From: a virus
Direction: 5' to 3' (one strand)
DNA: 64,000 bases
IMG/VR virus record: IMGVR_UViG_3300009285_005282
Span: 32,001-96,000 of that record
Part shown: in pieces, positions 28,658 to 37,062 of the stretch
Layout of the letters: each line of letters starts with the position of its first letter
Numbering within the stretch: the stretch's first letter is position 1
Made by a program: the position numbers and the translations under genes
The notes under the pieces: generated by a model
Databases searched by the model: none
Told to the model about the DNA's origin: nothing
The model's input: the letters and a program-made list of their open reading frames with translations, nothing else

Positions 28658-28846
28658 TTATACCAATTCCGGGGTCTCCCACGTCCCCATTTCGCTGTCC
28701 TCGACGTCGTCCCAGTTGCTGTCGTCGTTGGACTCCACCGTGTCTAGGAACTGAAGAAATGCTTCGGAGCACTCCTCCGCGGTCTCGCCAGAGAGGCGCT
28801 TGTACCGATGCACGCTCCGGCTCTGAACGAACATCACGGACACCAT
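28658..28846 (-). CDS. Small acidic protein
   Basis: GAGGA RBS; D/E-rich C-terminal half. Confidence 0.55.
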   Translation of the reverse strand: MVSVMFVQSRSVHRYKRLSGETAEECSEAFLQFLDTVESNDDSNWDDVEDSEMGTWETPELV

Positions 28847-28853
28847 GTTGTCC

Positions 28854-29009
28854 TCAGAAGCGCGCAACCTCTTTACTGCTGAGTTGCAGCACGTACAGGT
28901 TGTGCTCAGGGTTGACGCTTACCGGAAGTCCAGCTGACCGGCAGTGCTGAACGAGCTCCGCGTTCGTAGCGGGAAGCTCGATGGTGAGGTACTGCCCGCT
29001 GTCCCGCAA
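28854..29009 (-). CDS. Small hypothetical protein (51 aa; or read-through extension of upstream gene)
   Basis: Open frame LRDSGQYLTIELPATNAELV...KEVARF fills the gap; in frame with the upstream TGA. Confidence 0.35.
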   Translation of the reverse strand: MRDSGQYLTIELPATNAELVQHCRSAGLPVSVNPEHNLYVLQLSSKEVARF

Positions 29010-29024
29010 CGGAGCCGGTGTTGC

Positions 29025-29720
29025 TCACTTTGGGCTATCGGCAAGCCCGACCTTCCGCAGGATGGCGGCGAACCCCGCCAGTGGCTTGTCGAGCCCGCGT
29101 GCAAACGCCAACGCCCCCGCGTTGACCGCCAGGTCGACCAGCGACTGGAGTTGGTCGTTTACGGTGAGCAGCACGTTACCCTGGGCGACCTGCGTTTGTT
29201 CTAGGCGGTCCAGCCGCTGGTTGATGTCCTCCAGCAATTTGGTCACAAGGACCAATCCGCCGGGGTCGGGGGTTGGGTCCGGGGTGAGCGGCGTGTGCCG
29301 GGGTTCATCGGCGGGTAGAATATGGTCGAGCCCCAACCTCCGAAGCGCCTCCTCTGGGTCCTCTTCTGCGCTCTCCTCTAGGTCCTCTTCTGGGTCCACG
29401 GTCCCGGGAAGTTCCTTCTGCACGGGGGTCTGCGTCTGCGTCTTACGAGCAGCGCGTTTCTTGGCAGGCGCAGGGGTTGTCGCTGCGGGAGCCGGCGTTG
29501 GCGGTGCGTCCGGGGGGTTCTGTACGGGGGTAGTAGCCGGTGCTGACGCGTGGTCTTCGTCCCACTTCGACAGCAGTAGGGCGATGAGCTGGTCCTTGCC
29601 CCCGTCACGCAGGGCCTGTTGCCACACCTCCGTGGGTAGCTGCGCCTTGGCGGCGCGCCATCGTAGAGCGCGCTCGCTGGTCTCCACGAGCTCCTCTCTG
29701 TACGCTGTTCTCTCATCCAT
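29025..29720 (-). CDS. Hypothetical protein with Pro/Ala/Thr linker
   Basis: AGGAG RBS; low-complexity central linker. Confidence 0.7.
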   Translation of the reverse strand: MDERTAYREELVETSERALRWRAAKAQLPTEVWQQALRDGGKDQLIALLLSKWDEDHASAPATTPVQNPPDAPPTPAPAATTPAPAKKRAARKTQTQTPVQKELPGTVDPEEDLEESAEEDPEEALRRLGLDHILPADEPRHTPLTPDPTPDPGGLVLVTKLLEDINQRLDRLEQTQVAQGNVLLTVNDQLQSLVDLAVNAGALAFARGLDKPLAGFAAILRKVGLADSPK

Positions 29721-30114
29721 GCTCTCTCTCCTGTTCTATACGGCGTCGATTCAGCTCATAAATTATGAGCACCTCGACGTCGTGTTTTGCGAAATACTGC
29801 GGGTTACCCGCGTCGATCATCTGGTCACGTAGCTTCTTTTGGAACTTTGTCACGAAGTCGTACAGGCGGTTGCGTAACTCGTCGATAGGGTTATGGACCT
29901 GAACAGACTCCCCCTGTAACCGGCGCAGCAGTAGCTCCTGTAGGGTAGCGGTGTCCTGGCCTCTCCAAGCGCGAACGTCCAGCAGGCGCAATAGCTCTAC
30001 CAATTCGGAGTCGTTTAGCCACGGGATAGCCTCAATGTCAAAACGCACTCTTCCTCGCCGGATGAGCCGTTCGTGGTTTAGCTTTGGCCAGGCCCATTTA
30101 GTGTGCCGTCCCAT
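29713..30114 (-). CDS. Hypothetical protein
   Basis: Coupled within the operon; LNDSELVEL motif. Confidence 0.65.
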   Translation of the reverse strand: MGRHTKWAWPKLNHERLIRRGRVRFDIEAIPWLNDSELVELLRLLDVRAWRGQDTATLQELLLRRLQGESVQVHNPIDELRNRLYDFVTKFQKKLRDQMIDAGNPQYFAKHDVEVLIIYELNRRRIEQEREHG

Positions 30115-30116
30115 CG

Positions 30117-30524
30117 TCAGCACCACTGGGGCAGGGGTTCGATGTCGAACTCTACCCGGGGGTGCGCGGCGTCCATGTACTTCAAGAGCTGAAGGTTCAT
30201 GATGCAGCTGTCGTCGATCCCCAACGCGTCCATGACCGCGTCTATGAGTAGCTTTTGGCGGTTTGCCACGTCTAGCTTGAGAAAACGGCGGCCCGCCCCG
30301 CTCCGTTTCCAGTTCAGCTGTTCCATACGGTCAAAGTAGATCATGATGATGACCCGATACGGAACATCCTGACAAAACGGGATTGAAGAACGTATGGCCT
30401 GTTCCGCGACCGCCGCACGGACAAGGTTGACGTACCGTTCCGCCTCACTGGTTTTGACCCGGCGGCGCTTCACGGTGAAGTAGACGTGGTTGTCCGACGG
30501 GGGTAGAGGCAGAGTGACTCGCAT
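30117..30524 (-). CDS. rusA: RusA-family Holliday junction resolvase
   Basis: LPLPPSDN, DVANRQKLLIDA, GIDDS catalytic pattern. Confidence 0.85.
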   Translation of the reverse strand: MRVTLPLPPSDNHVYFTVKRRRVKTSEAERYVNLVRAAVAEQAIRSSIPFCQDVPYRVIIMIYFDRMEQLNWKRSGAGRRFLKLDVANRQKLLIDAVMDALGIDDSCIMNLQLLKYMDAAHPRVEFDIEPLPQWC

Positions 30525-30525
30525 G

Positions 30526-31080
30526 CTATATCCTCACTGGACGTCGGCGGTTGCCAACGTTGTGCTCACGTAGGGAATCAGTGAGCTCTGCCTCCCGCAG
30601 CCCAACATAGCGCGAAGCTGGTTTTCTGAGTGCCTCAAGCCCGTCCCAGTGCGCCTGGAGCTTCGTAACCACGAGTTCGCACTCCAGGAGCTGCGCGGAT
30701 AGCTCTATAACCCGCGGGTCAATGTTTACCTTGTCCTCCTTTTGGTTAGCGGCGCAAGTAAGCCGCTCCTTGATGCTCGACCGTAGTACCTTCATCCGGT
30801 ACATCAGTCCGGACTGTTGCATTTTAGCGTCGGCCAGCACGCCACCAACGTAGGCCATCCACGCTCCAGCAGCCCCCTGTACGTCCATCAGCGCGTCGTT
30901 GGGCATACTGCTCAGACTCTGGGTGAGTATCGGGCTGGCGAGTGTTGGGGCGGTCATGTCTGGGATTCCTAACCGTCTAAGCGCTGTCTGCGCCGCCACT
31001 TCGGCCTGGGTGAACCGGTCGTCCACGTCGTCCCATTCGGTGAGCAACAGGTTGAAGTTGGGCACTGTTGCACGGGTCAC
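30526..31080 (-). CDS. Coiled-coil protein, possible UvsY-like recombination mediator
   Basis: AGGAGGA RBS plus GTG; KEDKVNIDPRVIEL helix pattern; recombination cluster. Confidence 0.5.
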   Translation of the reverse strand: MTRATVPNFNLLLTEWDDVDDRFTQAEVAAQTALRRLGIPDMTAPTLASPILTQSLSSMPNDALMDVQGAAGAWMAYVGGVLADAKMQQSGLMYRMKVLRSSIKERLTCAANQKEDKVNIDPRVIELSAQLLECELVVTKLQAHWDGLEALRKPASRYVGLREAELTDSLREHNVGNRRRPVRI

Positions 31081-31871
31081 GAGTCCTCCTTTCCGGCGAG
31101 TTTGCGGGGCTGGCATACGGCGTTGTAGCGACACCAGTGGCAGCTTCTCCCGATCCGGCGGGGGGGAATCTGGTACTGGTCCATCTGCGCTTGTATCCGC
31201 TCCAGCCGTTGTTGGATTGGCGTCCACACCCCGTAGTCGAACGGGACGTAGAGCGCCCGCATGTTGCTGTTGTCCTTGTTGAAGTACAGGATGCACCCCA
31301 TCGGCACATCCAGTGCCTTTAGGTACCCGTGGAGCTGTTTTACGTAGCTGCTTCCAGGGGTATTCCCCAGCTTGTTGAAGGTGGTGGAGTTGCAGCTTTT
31401 GTAATCCAGCACCATCCGAAACCGCAGTTGTTGCCCACCAATAGCGACAACAGCTGCGAGAAGACCGTCAGCGTGCCCGGTCATTTCCAACGCGTCGTGC
31501 CGTACGCGCACCTCCGCGTGGTAGTCGTGCCCCTCCAGGCGCGCCCAGGTTCCCATGTAGTATTGCAGCAGTTCGTGTATTACGGTGCCAGTGTCGAAAA
31601 TACGGCGCTGCTCTACACGCTCCTTCCGTTCTTCCTTCTCCCCTACCAGTTGAAACGCCAGAAAGGCGTCGCAGGGGTTGCTGTACTCCGACGGGTGGAA
31701 CGCCCCCTTTTGGCGGTGTGCCCCCCACTGGAACGTAGACGTCCACGGCTCGGGCTGCCGAATCAGCCGTGCAACGTGATCCTCCAGCACCTGAACCAGA
31801 GGCCAGGACGTGAGCAGCTTGGCCGCAGTTGGACTTCGTTCCAGGTCCTCGATGTGCTCCAGCGTCAACAT
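31077..31871 (-). CDS. Cas4-like PD-(D/E)XK exonuclease with Fe-S cysteines
   Basis: HPSEYSNPC, GTVIHE, GHADG, LDYKS, QLHGY, CHWCRYNAVC. Confidence 0.85.
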   Translation of the reverse strand: MLTLEHIEDLERSPTAAKLLTSWPLVQVLEDHVARLIRQPEPWTSTFQWGAHRQKGAFHPSEYSNPCDAFLAFQLVGEKEERKERVEQRRIFDTGTVIHELLQYYMGTWARLEGHDYHAEVRVRHDALEMTGHADGLLAAVVAIGGQQLRFRMVLDYKSCNSTTFNKLGNTPGSSYVKQLHGYLKALDVPMGCILYFNKDNSNMRALYVPFDYGVWTPIQQRLERIQAQMDQYQIPPRRIGRSCHWCRYNAVCQPRKLAGKEDS

Positions 31872-32404
31872 TGCTCCTCCGGTTGGAGATGCTCCAAAGC
31901 AGTGTTCCAAGCCAACACCGCGACCTTGGTGCCGTCCCCAAGGGTAATCCGTAGTACCGCTTCCCGGCCCGTCGCCGCCGCCTGGTGTAGGGCCTTTCTG
32001 AACGTCGTGGCCGTGAGTCGGTAACTCTGGTGTACGGTAAACTTATCCTCGATCATCCACTGGTGGTTGCGCGCATCCCCCTTGACGACCCCGCCGCCTG
32101 ACCGTGGAGTTGTGGTGCCCGCAATCTGTTCGGCGGCTTTGCGTTCGCTACGCTGTGACCGCTTGACGGAAGCACGACGTGCGGAACGACCATCCCCAAG
32201 TACGTCCCGCGGGCGTAACGCCTCCTTCACCTTTGGCGTCAGCCCTACCAGAGCGCACGTGGGGCAGACAGTCGCCTGGTTGTGACGGCAGGTGCCATCT
32301 ACCGTTTCGACGGTTAGGAGCAGGACCAGTAGGTCACCGACGTAGCCGCAGGAGGGACACTGCCCAAAACTGCGTGCCGTCTCTACACGAGCCTGTGCAG
32401 GCAT
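31865..32404 (-). CDS. Zn-finger plus PD-(D/E)XK resolvase-like nuclease
   Basis: CPSC...CPTC; SERKAA...SGGGVVKGD...IEDK. Confidence 0.7.
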   Translation of the reverse strand: MPAQARVETARSFGQCPSCGYVGDLLVLLLTVETVDGTCRHNQATVCPTCALVGLTPKVKEALRPRDVLGDGRSARRASVKRSQRSERKAAEQIAGTTTPRSGGGVVKGDARNHQWMIEDKFTVHQSYRLTATTFRKALHQAAATGREAVLRITLGDGTKVAVLAWNTALEHLQPEEQC

Positions 32405-33663
32405 GACACCTCCGCCTTCTGCAGGCAGGCGTAGTAGAGTGACCAGTACAACGTGCTGTCCTGGCGTAGCAACATTTTGAGCTCCGACCCGCGGTCACCC
32501 CAAGGCGCGTCTGCAAGCAGCACTTCCTCCTGGGCGTCGAGGATCATCGCATGTGGCGTTTTCGGTTGGTGTAGGATCAGCCCCGAAGCGCTCGCCGTGG
32601 TGAACAGGTCCTGCACGGGGTCGAACCCCGAATCAAACAAGTACCGCAGCTCCCCGCTTCCTCCTTCGTGACACCCCGCCTTTCCTTTGACAACCTGCCA
32701 GTTGATGGTCTTGCCCACACGGGCGCCTCCCTCCTCGATGCGTTCCCCACGGGTGAGCAGTAGGTCGAGTAGCTTCCCGTGTCGAATTGCGTAGGGACCG
32801 GTCACCTCAAACTCCCGTGCTCGGGGGTTTTTGTGACTCTTACGGTTGGCACGCGCCTGGTTGGTAGCAACCACGGTAGTCAGGTTTACCCGACCCCGTT
32901 CCGGTGCGGAGAAGAACGGCCAGAGCTTACGCATGAACTCTGACAGCAGGTAGGCAGAGGCTGATTGACGGGGGTCGTCGTCGAGGGAGGTATCCGTGCG
33001 GTACTTGGTGGATACGGCTGCGAGGCTGTCCACCACCACCATCTGGCAGTAGTTTTGCCGGACCAGCTCGGCCACTCCCTCCAGGCGTTGCTCGTGGCTC
33101 CCTACGTCGAAGATGAGGAACTCGCCAACGCCGGTTTGATGATAGGCCCGCTCCTCCTCAGTTAGGGCTGGGCGCCCTTCTCTAGCGCGGCGTTCGTCGA
33201 GAAACTGCAGATCCAGTTCGGACGACGGGACTGCGCACCCTTGAACGCGTAGGAACTCCTTGTCCAGTGTGTGCTCTAGGCAGCACCATGCTATTCGTGC
33301 GCCCGCGCCGTAAATGTACTGACACATTGCTCCGGCGCGGGCGGTCAGGGCGTCCTTGCCCACCCCGTCCGGCCCACCGATTTGCGTTACACCCCCGGCT
33401 GCCATGCCACCACCGCAGGCGCAGTCGAGCGATGCCAGCCCAAAAGGCCGCCGCAGCTGGAAGGGGTTGGCGCTCTCGTCCGCACGCCGCAGCGCAGTGG
33501 TTCGCGCCTCCCCCTTCTTCCTCCCCTCGTTGACCCTGGCGTTGACGAAGTTTACCACCTCGTCAGCTGTCAACGCGGGCACCTCCTTGTCGAAGAAGGA
33601 CAGGTCACCCTGTTCGTACTGGTCAGGGTCGCGGGGCGCAGCCGTGTTCTTTTTTCTTGGCAT
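32383..33663 (-). CDS. recA: RecA/UvsX-like recombinase
   Basis: LDCACGGGM, Walker A GPDGVGKD, EHTLD, Walker B VVVDSLAA, TNQAR, V-V-K-G-K. Confidence 0.85.
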   Translation of the reverse strand: MPRKKNTAAPRDPDQYEQGDLSFFDKEVPALTADEVVNFVNARVNEGRKKGEARTTALRRADESANPFQLRRPFGLASLDCACGGGMAAGGVTQIGGPDGVGKDALTARAGAMCQYIYGAGARIAWCCLEHTLDKEFLRVQGCAVPSSELDLQFLDERRAREGRPALTEEERAYHQTGVGEFLIFDVGSHEQRLEGVAELVRQNYCQMVVVDSLAAVSTKYRTDTSLDDDPRQSASAYLLSEFMRKLWPFFSAPERGRVNLTTVVATNQARANRKSHKNPRAREFEVTGPYAIRHGKLLDLLLTRGERIEEGGARVGKTINWQVVKGKAGCHEGGSGELRYLFDSGFDPVQDLFTTASASGLILHQPKTPHAMILDAQEEVLLADAPWGDRGSELKMLLRQDSTLYWSLYYACLQKAEVSCLHRLV

Positions 33664-33824
33664 CACTGTTTCTCCTTGTGCGGCTCAAACGGGAGGGAAC
33701 CGCATCGGGGACAGACTGGCGGCTGGCCCACCAGCTGACGACCGCACACGGGGCACTTTTCCCGCTCGACAGCCGTCTTGACCGATGGCTGGTCAGGCTC
33801 TGGTTCATAACCGTACTTGTCCAT
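33663..33824 (-). CDS. 53-aa zinc-ribbon protein (below ORF-track cut-off)
   Basis: AAGGAG RBS; MDKYGYEPEPDQPSVKTAVEREKCPVCGRQLVGQPPVCPRCGSLPFEPHKEKQ; TGATG coupling to recA. Confidence 0.75.
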   Translation of the reverse strand: MDKYGYEPEPDQPSVKTAVEREKCPVCGRQLVGQPPVCPRCGSLPFEPHKEKQ

Positions 33825-33847
33825 GTTTTCTCCTTGCCGTGGGTCGG

Positions 33848-35890
33848 CTACTTGGTCTCCGCCCAGCTGTGCCCCACCTTAGGGGTGGCGCGCAGGGGCA
33901 CTCTTAGCGTGATACCGGGGTGCTCCATGTGCCCCTGAATGATCGGGCACGCCTCCGCCGCGGACTCCTCAGGAGCCTCGAACACCAGTTCGTCATGTAC
34001 CTGCAGTAGCATGCGCACCCCGAGTGTGCGAAGTCTGGAGTCACGACGGCATCGGTTCATTGCCAGCCGGACAATATCCGCTGCCGTGCCTTGAATCCAG
34101 AGGTTTGTCGCTGCCCGCTGGGCGTCCCTGGTGAGCTTGCAGGCGTTACACCAACAGATCTTGGACCGGCGGCCCTGTTGGGCGACAGCCGCTTGATGGG
34201 ATTGGTAGACGGGCCAGTCCATCGCCTCCAAGAACCACCGGCGGTTTCCGAGGTAGGAGGAGGCGTACTTGTGGTCGCTGAGGAACTCGTGTGTCCACTG
34301 GATGAAATCTCGTGCTTCCGGAATGGCGGCGAAGAACTCCTCGGTCTTCTCCTGTGCCATCCTGGTGGCCTCATCCTGCACGGCCTGGTCTGACCAGTTT
34401 GGATACTCTGCACGTACCGCGGCGGGGTAGCCGAGATCAATCCCGAGTGTCCGCGCCGCTTTGCCATAAATGAGCCCAAACCCGATTGCCTTCACCGGGT
34501 TGCGTAACCCCTTGAGCATTTTCTGGTGATCAGTTGGGTTCTTGGCGTTTTTGGCCTCGATGAGCTCTTCGTAGGAGTAGCCGTAGACCTTCGCTGCGTT
34601 AGCGGTGTGTAAGTCCTTTCCCGCAATGGCGGCCTCGACCAGGCTCTTGGCGTTGGAAAAGTGCGCCAAGATGTACAGCTCCAACTGGTCGTAGTCAGCT
34701 CCTATGAGCACCGTTCCCGGTGGAGCAACGAAAGCCCGTCGAATGTCCAGCAGCGCGGCGGTGCCACTCCTCAGCTGATTTTGTAAATTGGGCTCGGATG
34801 ACGACAATCTTCCAGTGTCGGCTACGTGCTGGTTGAACGTAGTATGCACCCGCCCGTGGTCGTCCACCCAGGACAGGATACCGTCGATGTAGGTGCCCAC
34901 CAGCTTGGTGAGCGACCGGTACTCCTTGATGAGCCTGGGTACCTCGTTTCCCTCCTCGGCCAGGACGTCCAGGACATCTGCATCGGTAGAGGGCCGCGGC
35001 GCGCTCGTGGTGCCACCGGGGGTGTTCTTGACAACTGGCAGCCCCAGGTCCTCGAACAGCAGCTTGGCCAGCTGCGGGCCGCTGTTCAGGTTCACGAAGT
35101 AGCCGGCCGTCTGGTTGATCGAACGTTCGATTTCGGTCTGTCGTTGCTGAATTCGGGGCTTAGCTTGCTGCAGGTAGTTGACATCTAGTTGGATACCCGC
35201 CCGTTCCATCTCGAACAGGGTCCTGGTTGTGGGCACCTCGTAGAGCATGAACAGATCAAACAATGTACCGTTGCCCGTTCGGTCAGGAATTTGTTGTAGT
35301 TTCTCAGCCAGCCTGTGGAACAGCCGCAGGACCCCGTAGGCGTCAAAGCTGGCGTAGTCCACCACGCGGTCGTACTCGCGCTCAAACGCCTCCAACTCGA
35401 TCTCGTACAAGGTCTTCTTCGGCGGGCGCTTCCGGTGCCCTTTGGCGTTGGCGGGGTAGAACGTATCACCAAAGGGCATCATGATCTCCCCGAACTCACG
35501 GTAGTAGGCGTCCTTGAGACCGTGTGGCTGCGCCGGGTTCAGCAGACGGTCCATGGTCAGCGTGCAGTACATGTCCCCCTGGAGGTGCACGCCACTGTTG
35601 GCCAACATGTTAGCATCATACTTGATCTGGCTCCCCACCCATGTCTTGGTGGGGTCCTCCAACACGTTCTTGAATCTGTGGAGCCGGTCCCGCTCCAGAA
35701 AGAACCGGTTGTCCCCGGTGGACACCGACCAGAACACCACGAAGTCCCGTTGGATGTTCAGGCCGGTGGTCTCCGTGTCGACGGCGATCAAGTCCGTGTC
35801 GTAGAGCAGCTCTTCGAGCTGTTGTTCCTGCTCGGCCGTCCGCACGTGGACTGCCACCGGCCGGTCGATGGACCATTCTACAAGTTTCAT
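33848..35890 (-). CDS. polA: Family A DNA polymerase (3'-5' exonuclease plus polymerase; no 5'-3' exonuclease)
   Basis: DTETTG ExoI, TGRLSSSEPNLQN, motif A DYDQLEL, motif B KAIGFGLIYG, motif C QVHDE. Confidence 0.95.
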   Translation of the reverse strand: MKLVEWSIDRPVAVHVRTAEQEQQLEELLYDTDLIAVDTETTGLNIQRDFVVFWSVSTGDNRFFLERDRLHRFKNVLEDPTKTWVGSQIKYDANMLANSGVHLQGDMYCTLTMDRLLNPAQPHGLKDAYYREFGEIMMPFGDTFYPANAKGHRKRPPKKTLYEIELEAFEREYDRVVDYASFDAYGVLRLFHRLAEKLQQIPDRTGNGTLFDLFMLYEVPTTRTLFEMERAGIQLDVNYLQQAKPRIQQRQTEIERSINQTAGYFVNLNSGPQLAKLLFEDLGLPVVKNTPGGTTSAPRPSTDADVLDVLAEEGNEVPRLIKEYRSLTKLVGTYIDGILSWVDDHGRVHTTFNQHVADTGRLSSSEPNLQNQLRSGTAALLDIRRAFVAPPGTVLIGADYDQLELYILAHFSNAKSLVEAAIAGKDLHTANAAKVYGYSYEELIEAKNAKNPTDHQKMLKGLRNPVKAIGFGLIYGKAARTLGIDLGYPAAVRAEYPNWSDQAVQDEATRMAQEKTEEFFAAIPEARDFIQWTHEFLSDHKYASSYLGNRRWFLEAMDWPVYQSHQAAVAQQGRRSKICWCNACKLTRDAQRAATNLWIQGTAADIVRLAMNRCRRDSRLRTLGVRMLLQVHDELVFEAPEESAAEACPIIQGHMEHPGITLRVPLRATPKVGHSWAETK

Positions 35891-35909
35891 TAGCCCTCCA
35901 ACGGGGAGA

Positions 35910-35942
35910 ATGGGGGCGGGGACTCACGGTCCCCGCCCCCAT
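35910..35942 (-). terminator. Perfect 14-bp GC hairpin between SSB and DNA polymerase (attenuator/stabiliser)
   Basis: ATGGGGGCGGGGAC-TCACG-GTCCCCGCCCCCAT; weak U-tail. Confidence 0.55.
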
Positions 35943-35955
35943 CGCAGTGTAGCCG

Positions 35956-37062
35956 CTAGACTTTGCGCGTCCGCGGCCCCGAGTTCACGTCGTCATCGTC
36001 CCAGGTGGAGCTGCCCTCCGTACGACGAGCAGGGCGCCCTGTGCCCCCAAAGGGGTTGTCGACGCCCATGTCCTTGGCCTGGTCCTCCAAGGACTTCGGG
36101 GCGAATATCCGCTCCAGCTCCAGCGGAGTCATGTGCTCCTTGACCTTCGCCAGGTCCTCCGGGGTCGCCACCCGGTGCGCGATTTGGAGAGCGGAGTCCT
36201 TGTTCTCCCCAACGCGGTGCAGGTCTAGCACCACGTTCCAAAGGTCCAACGGCGTGGGGGTGCTGCACCGGTCGCATTCGTGGACCGGGGTGAAGAACCC
36301 CACGGTTCCGCAGGAGCTGCACTCCATCTCCTCCTCCTCCAACGAGGAGATCTGGTTGTCCGTGAGTTGTTGGACATCCAGGAAGTGGTCGCACTTGCTT
36401 GAGGAGCAGCCAAACCCTACCAGGTCCAACCCACCCCCGCAGGTGCAGAGTTTGCTCAGCACGGTGCGCTCAAACGCCTCCAGCTGCCCGATGTACCGGA
36501 ACCCGAACCCGACGTGTACGGGCCGTCCGAAAGTTACCGGCTGCTCCTGCCTGCAAAGTCCGCAGCGGCGTCCCGTGCAATCCTTGTACTCTACGATCTT
36601 CACCTTTTCCCCGGGGCGCTTCTTGGAGTCCACTTCCCGCTCGACGGGGTGGAAGTTCCCCATGAGCACTCCGTTGAAGACGATCTGCTTGGACGCTGCC
36701 CGCACGTTTCGCGCCCCTATGCTAGCGAAGTGACAAGGCACGCAGCTCCGGTCACCGATGTCCAGAACGTGAGAGCCGTCTGGCTCCTCGTACTCCGCCA
36801 GCCCGGCGCTGCAAGTGAGGCTCACCCCCTTGCCCTCTTTCCCCGCCCCCATAACGAAGTGGCTGAACGTGATGTAGTACGGGTTGGTGATCTTCTTGGT
36901 CTCCCCCTCGGCCAAGGAGATCTCCTGGACGTACTTACCCGGAAACAGGAGTATTTGGCTGACACCGGGCTCCCCGACCTTGGGGATTTTCCACCACTGT
37001 CCACCGCCACCACCACGCTTGCGTCCTTTTTGGTCGCGACGCAGGTTCCTCGAAAGTGCCAT
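35956..37062 (-). CDS. Putative single-stranded DNA-binding protein with multiple Zn-binding Cys clusters
   Basis: gp32-like His/Cys pattern (SHF...TCSAG...CVPC), extra CxxC pairs, acidic WDDDD near the C-terminus; between primase and polymerase. Confidence 0.6.
   Translation of the reverse strand: MALSRNLRRDQKGRKRGGGGGQWWKIPKVGEPGVSQILLFPGKYVQEISLAEGETKKITNPYYITFSHFVMGAGKEGKGVSLTCSAGLAEYEEPDGSHVLDIGDRSCVPCHFASIGARNVRAASKQIVFNGVLMGNFHPVEREVDSKKRPGEKVKIVEYKDCTGRRCGLCRQEQPVTFGRPVHVGFGFRYIGQLEAFERTVLSKLCTCGGGLDLVGFGCSSSKCDHFLDVQQLTDNQISSLEEEEMECSSCGTVGFFTPVHECDRCSTPTPLDLWNVVLDLHRVGENKDSALQIAHRVATPEDLAKVKEHMTPLELERIFAPKSLEDQAKDMGVDNPFGGTGRPARRTEGSSTWDDDDVNSGPRTRKV

Noticed and set aside
29754-29770. 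AT-rich palindrome GCTCATAAATTATGAGC
   Set aside because: Single short occurrence inside a coding region; no supporting context
31077-31871. Cas4-like gene as evidence of a CRISPR-Cas system
   Set aside because: No repeat-spacer array or other cas genes; solo Cas4-like nucleases are common in phage recombination clusters
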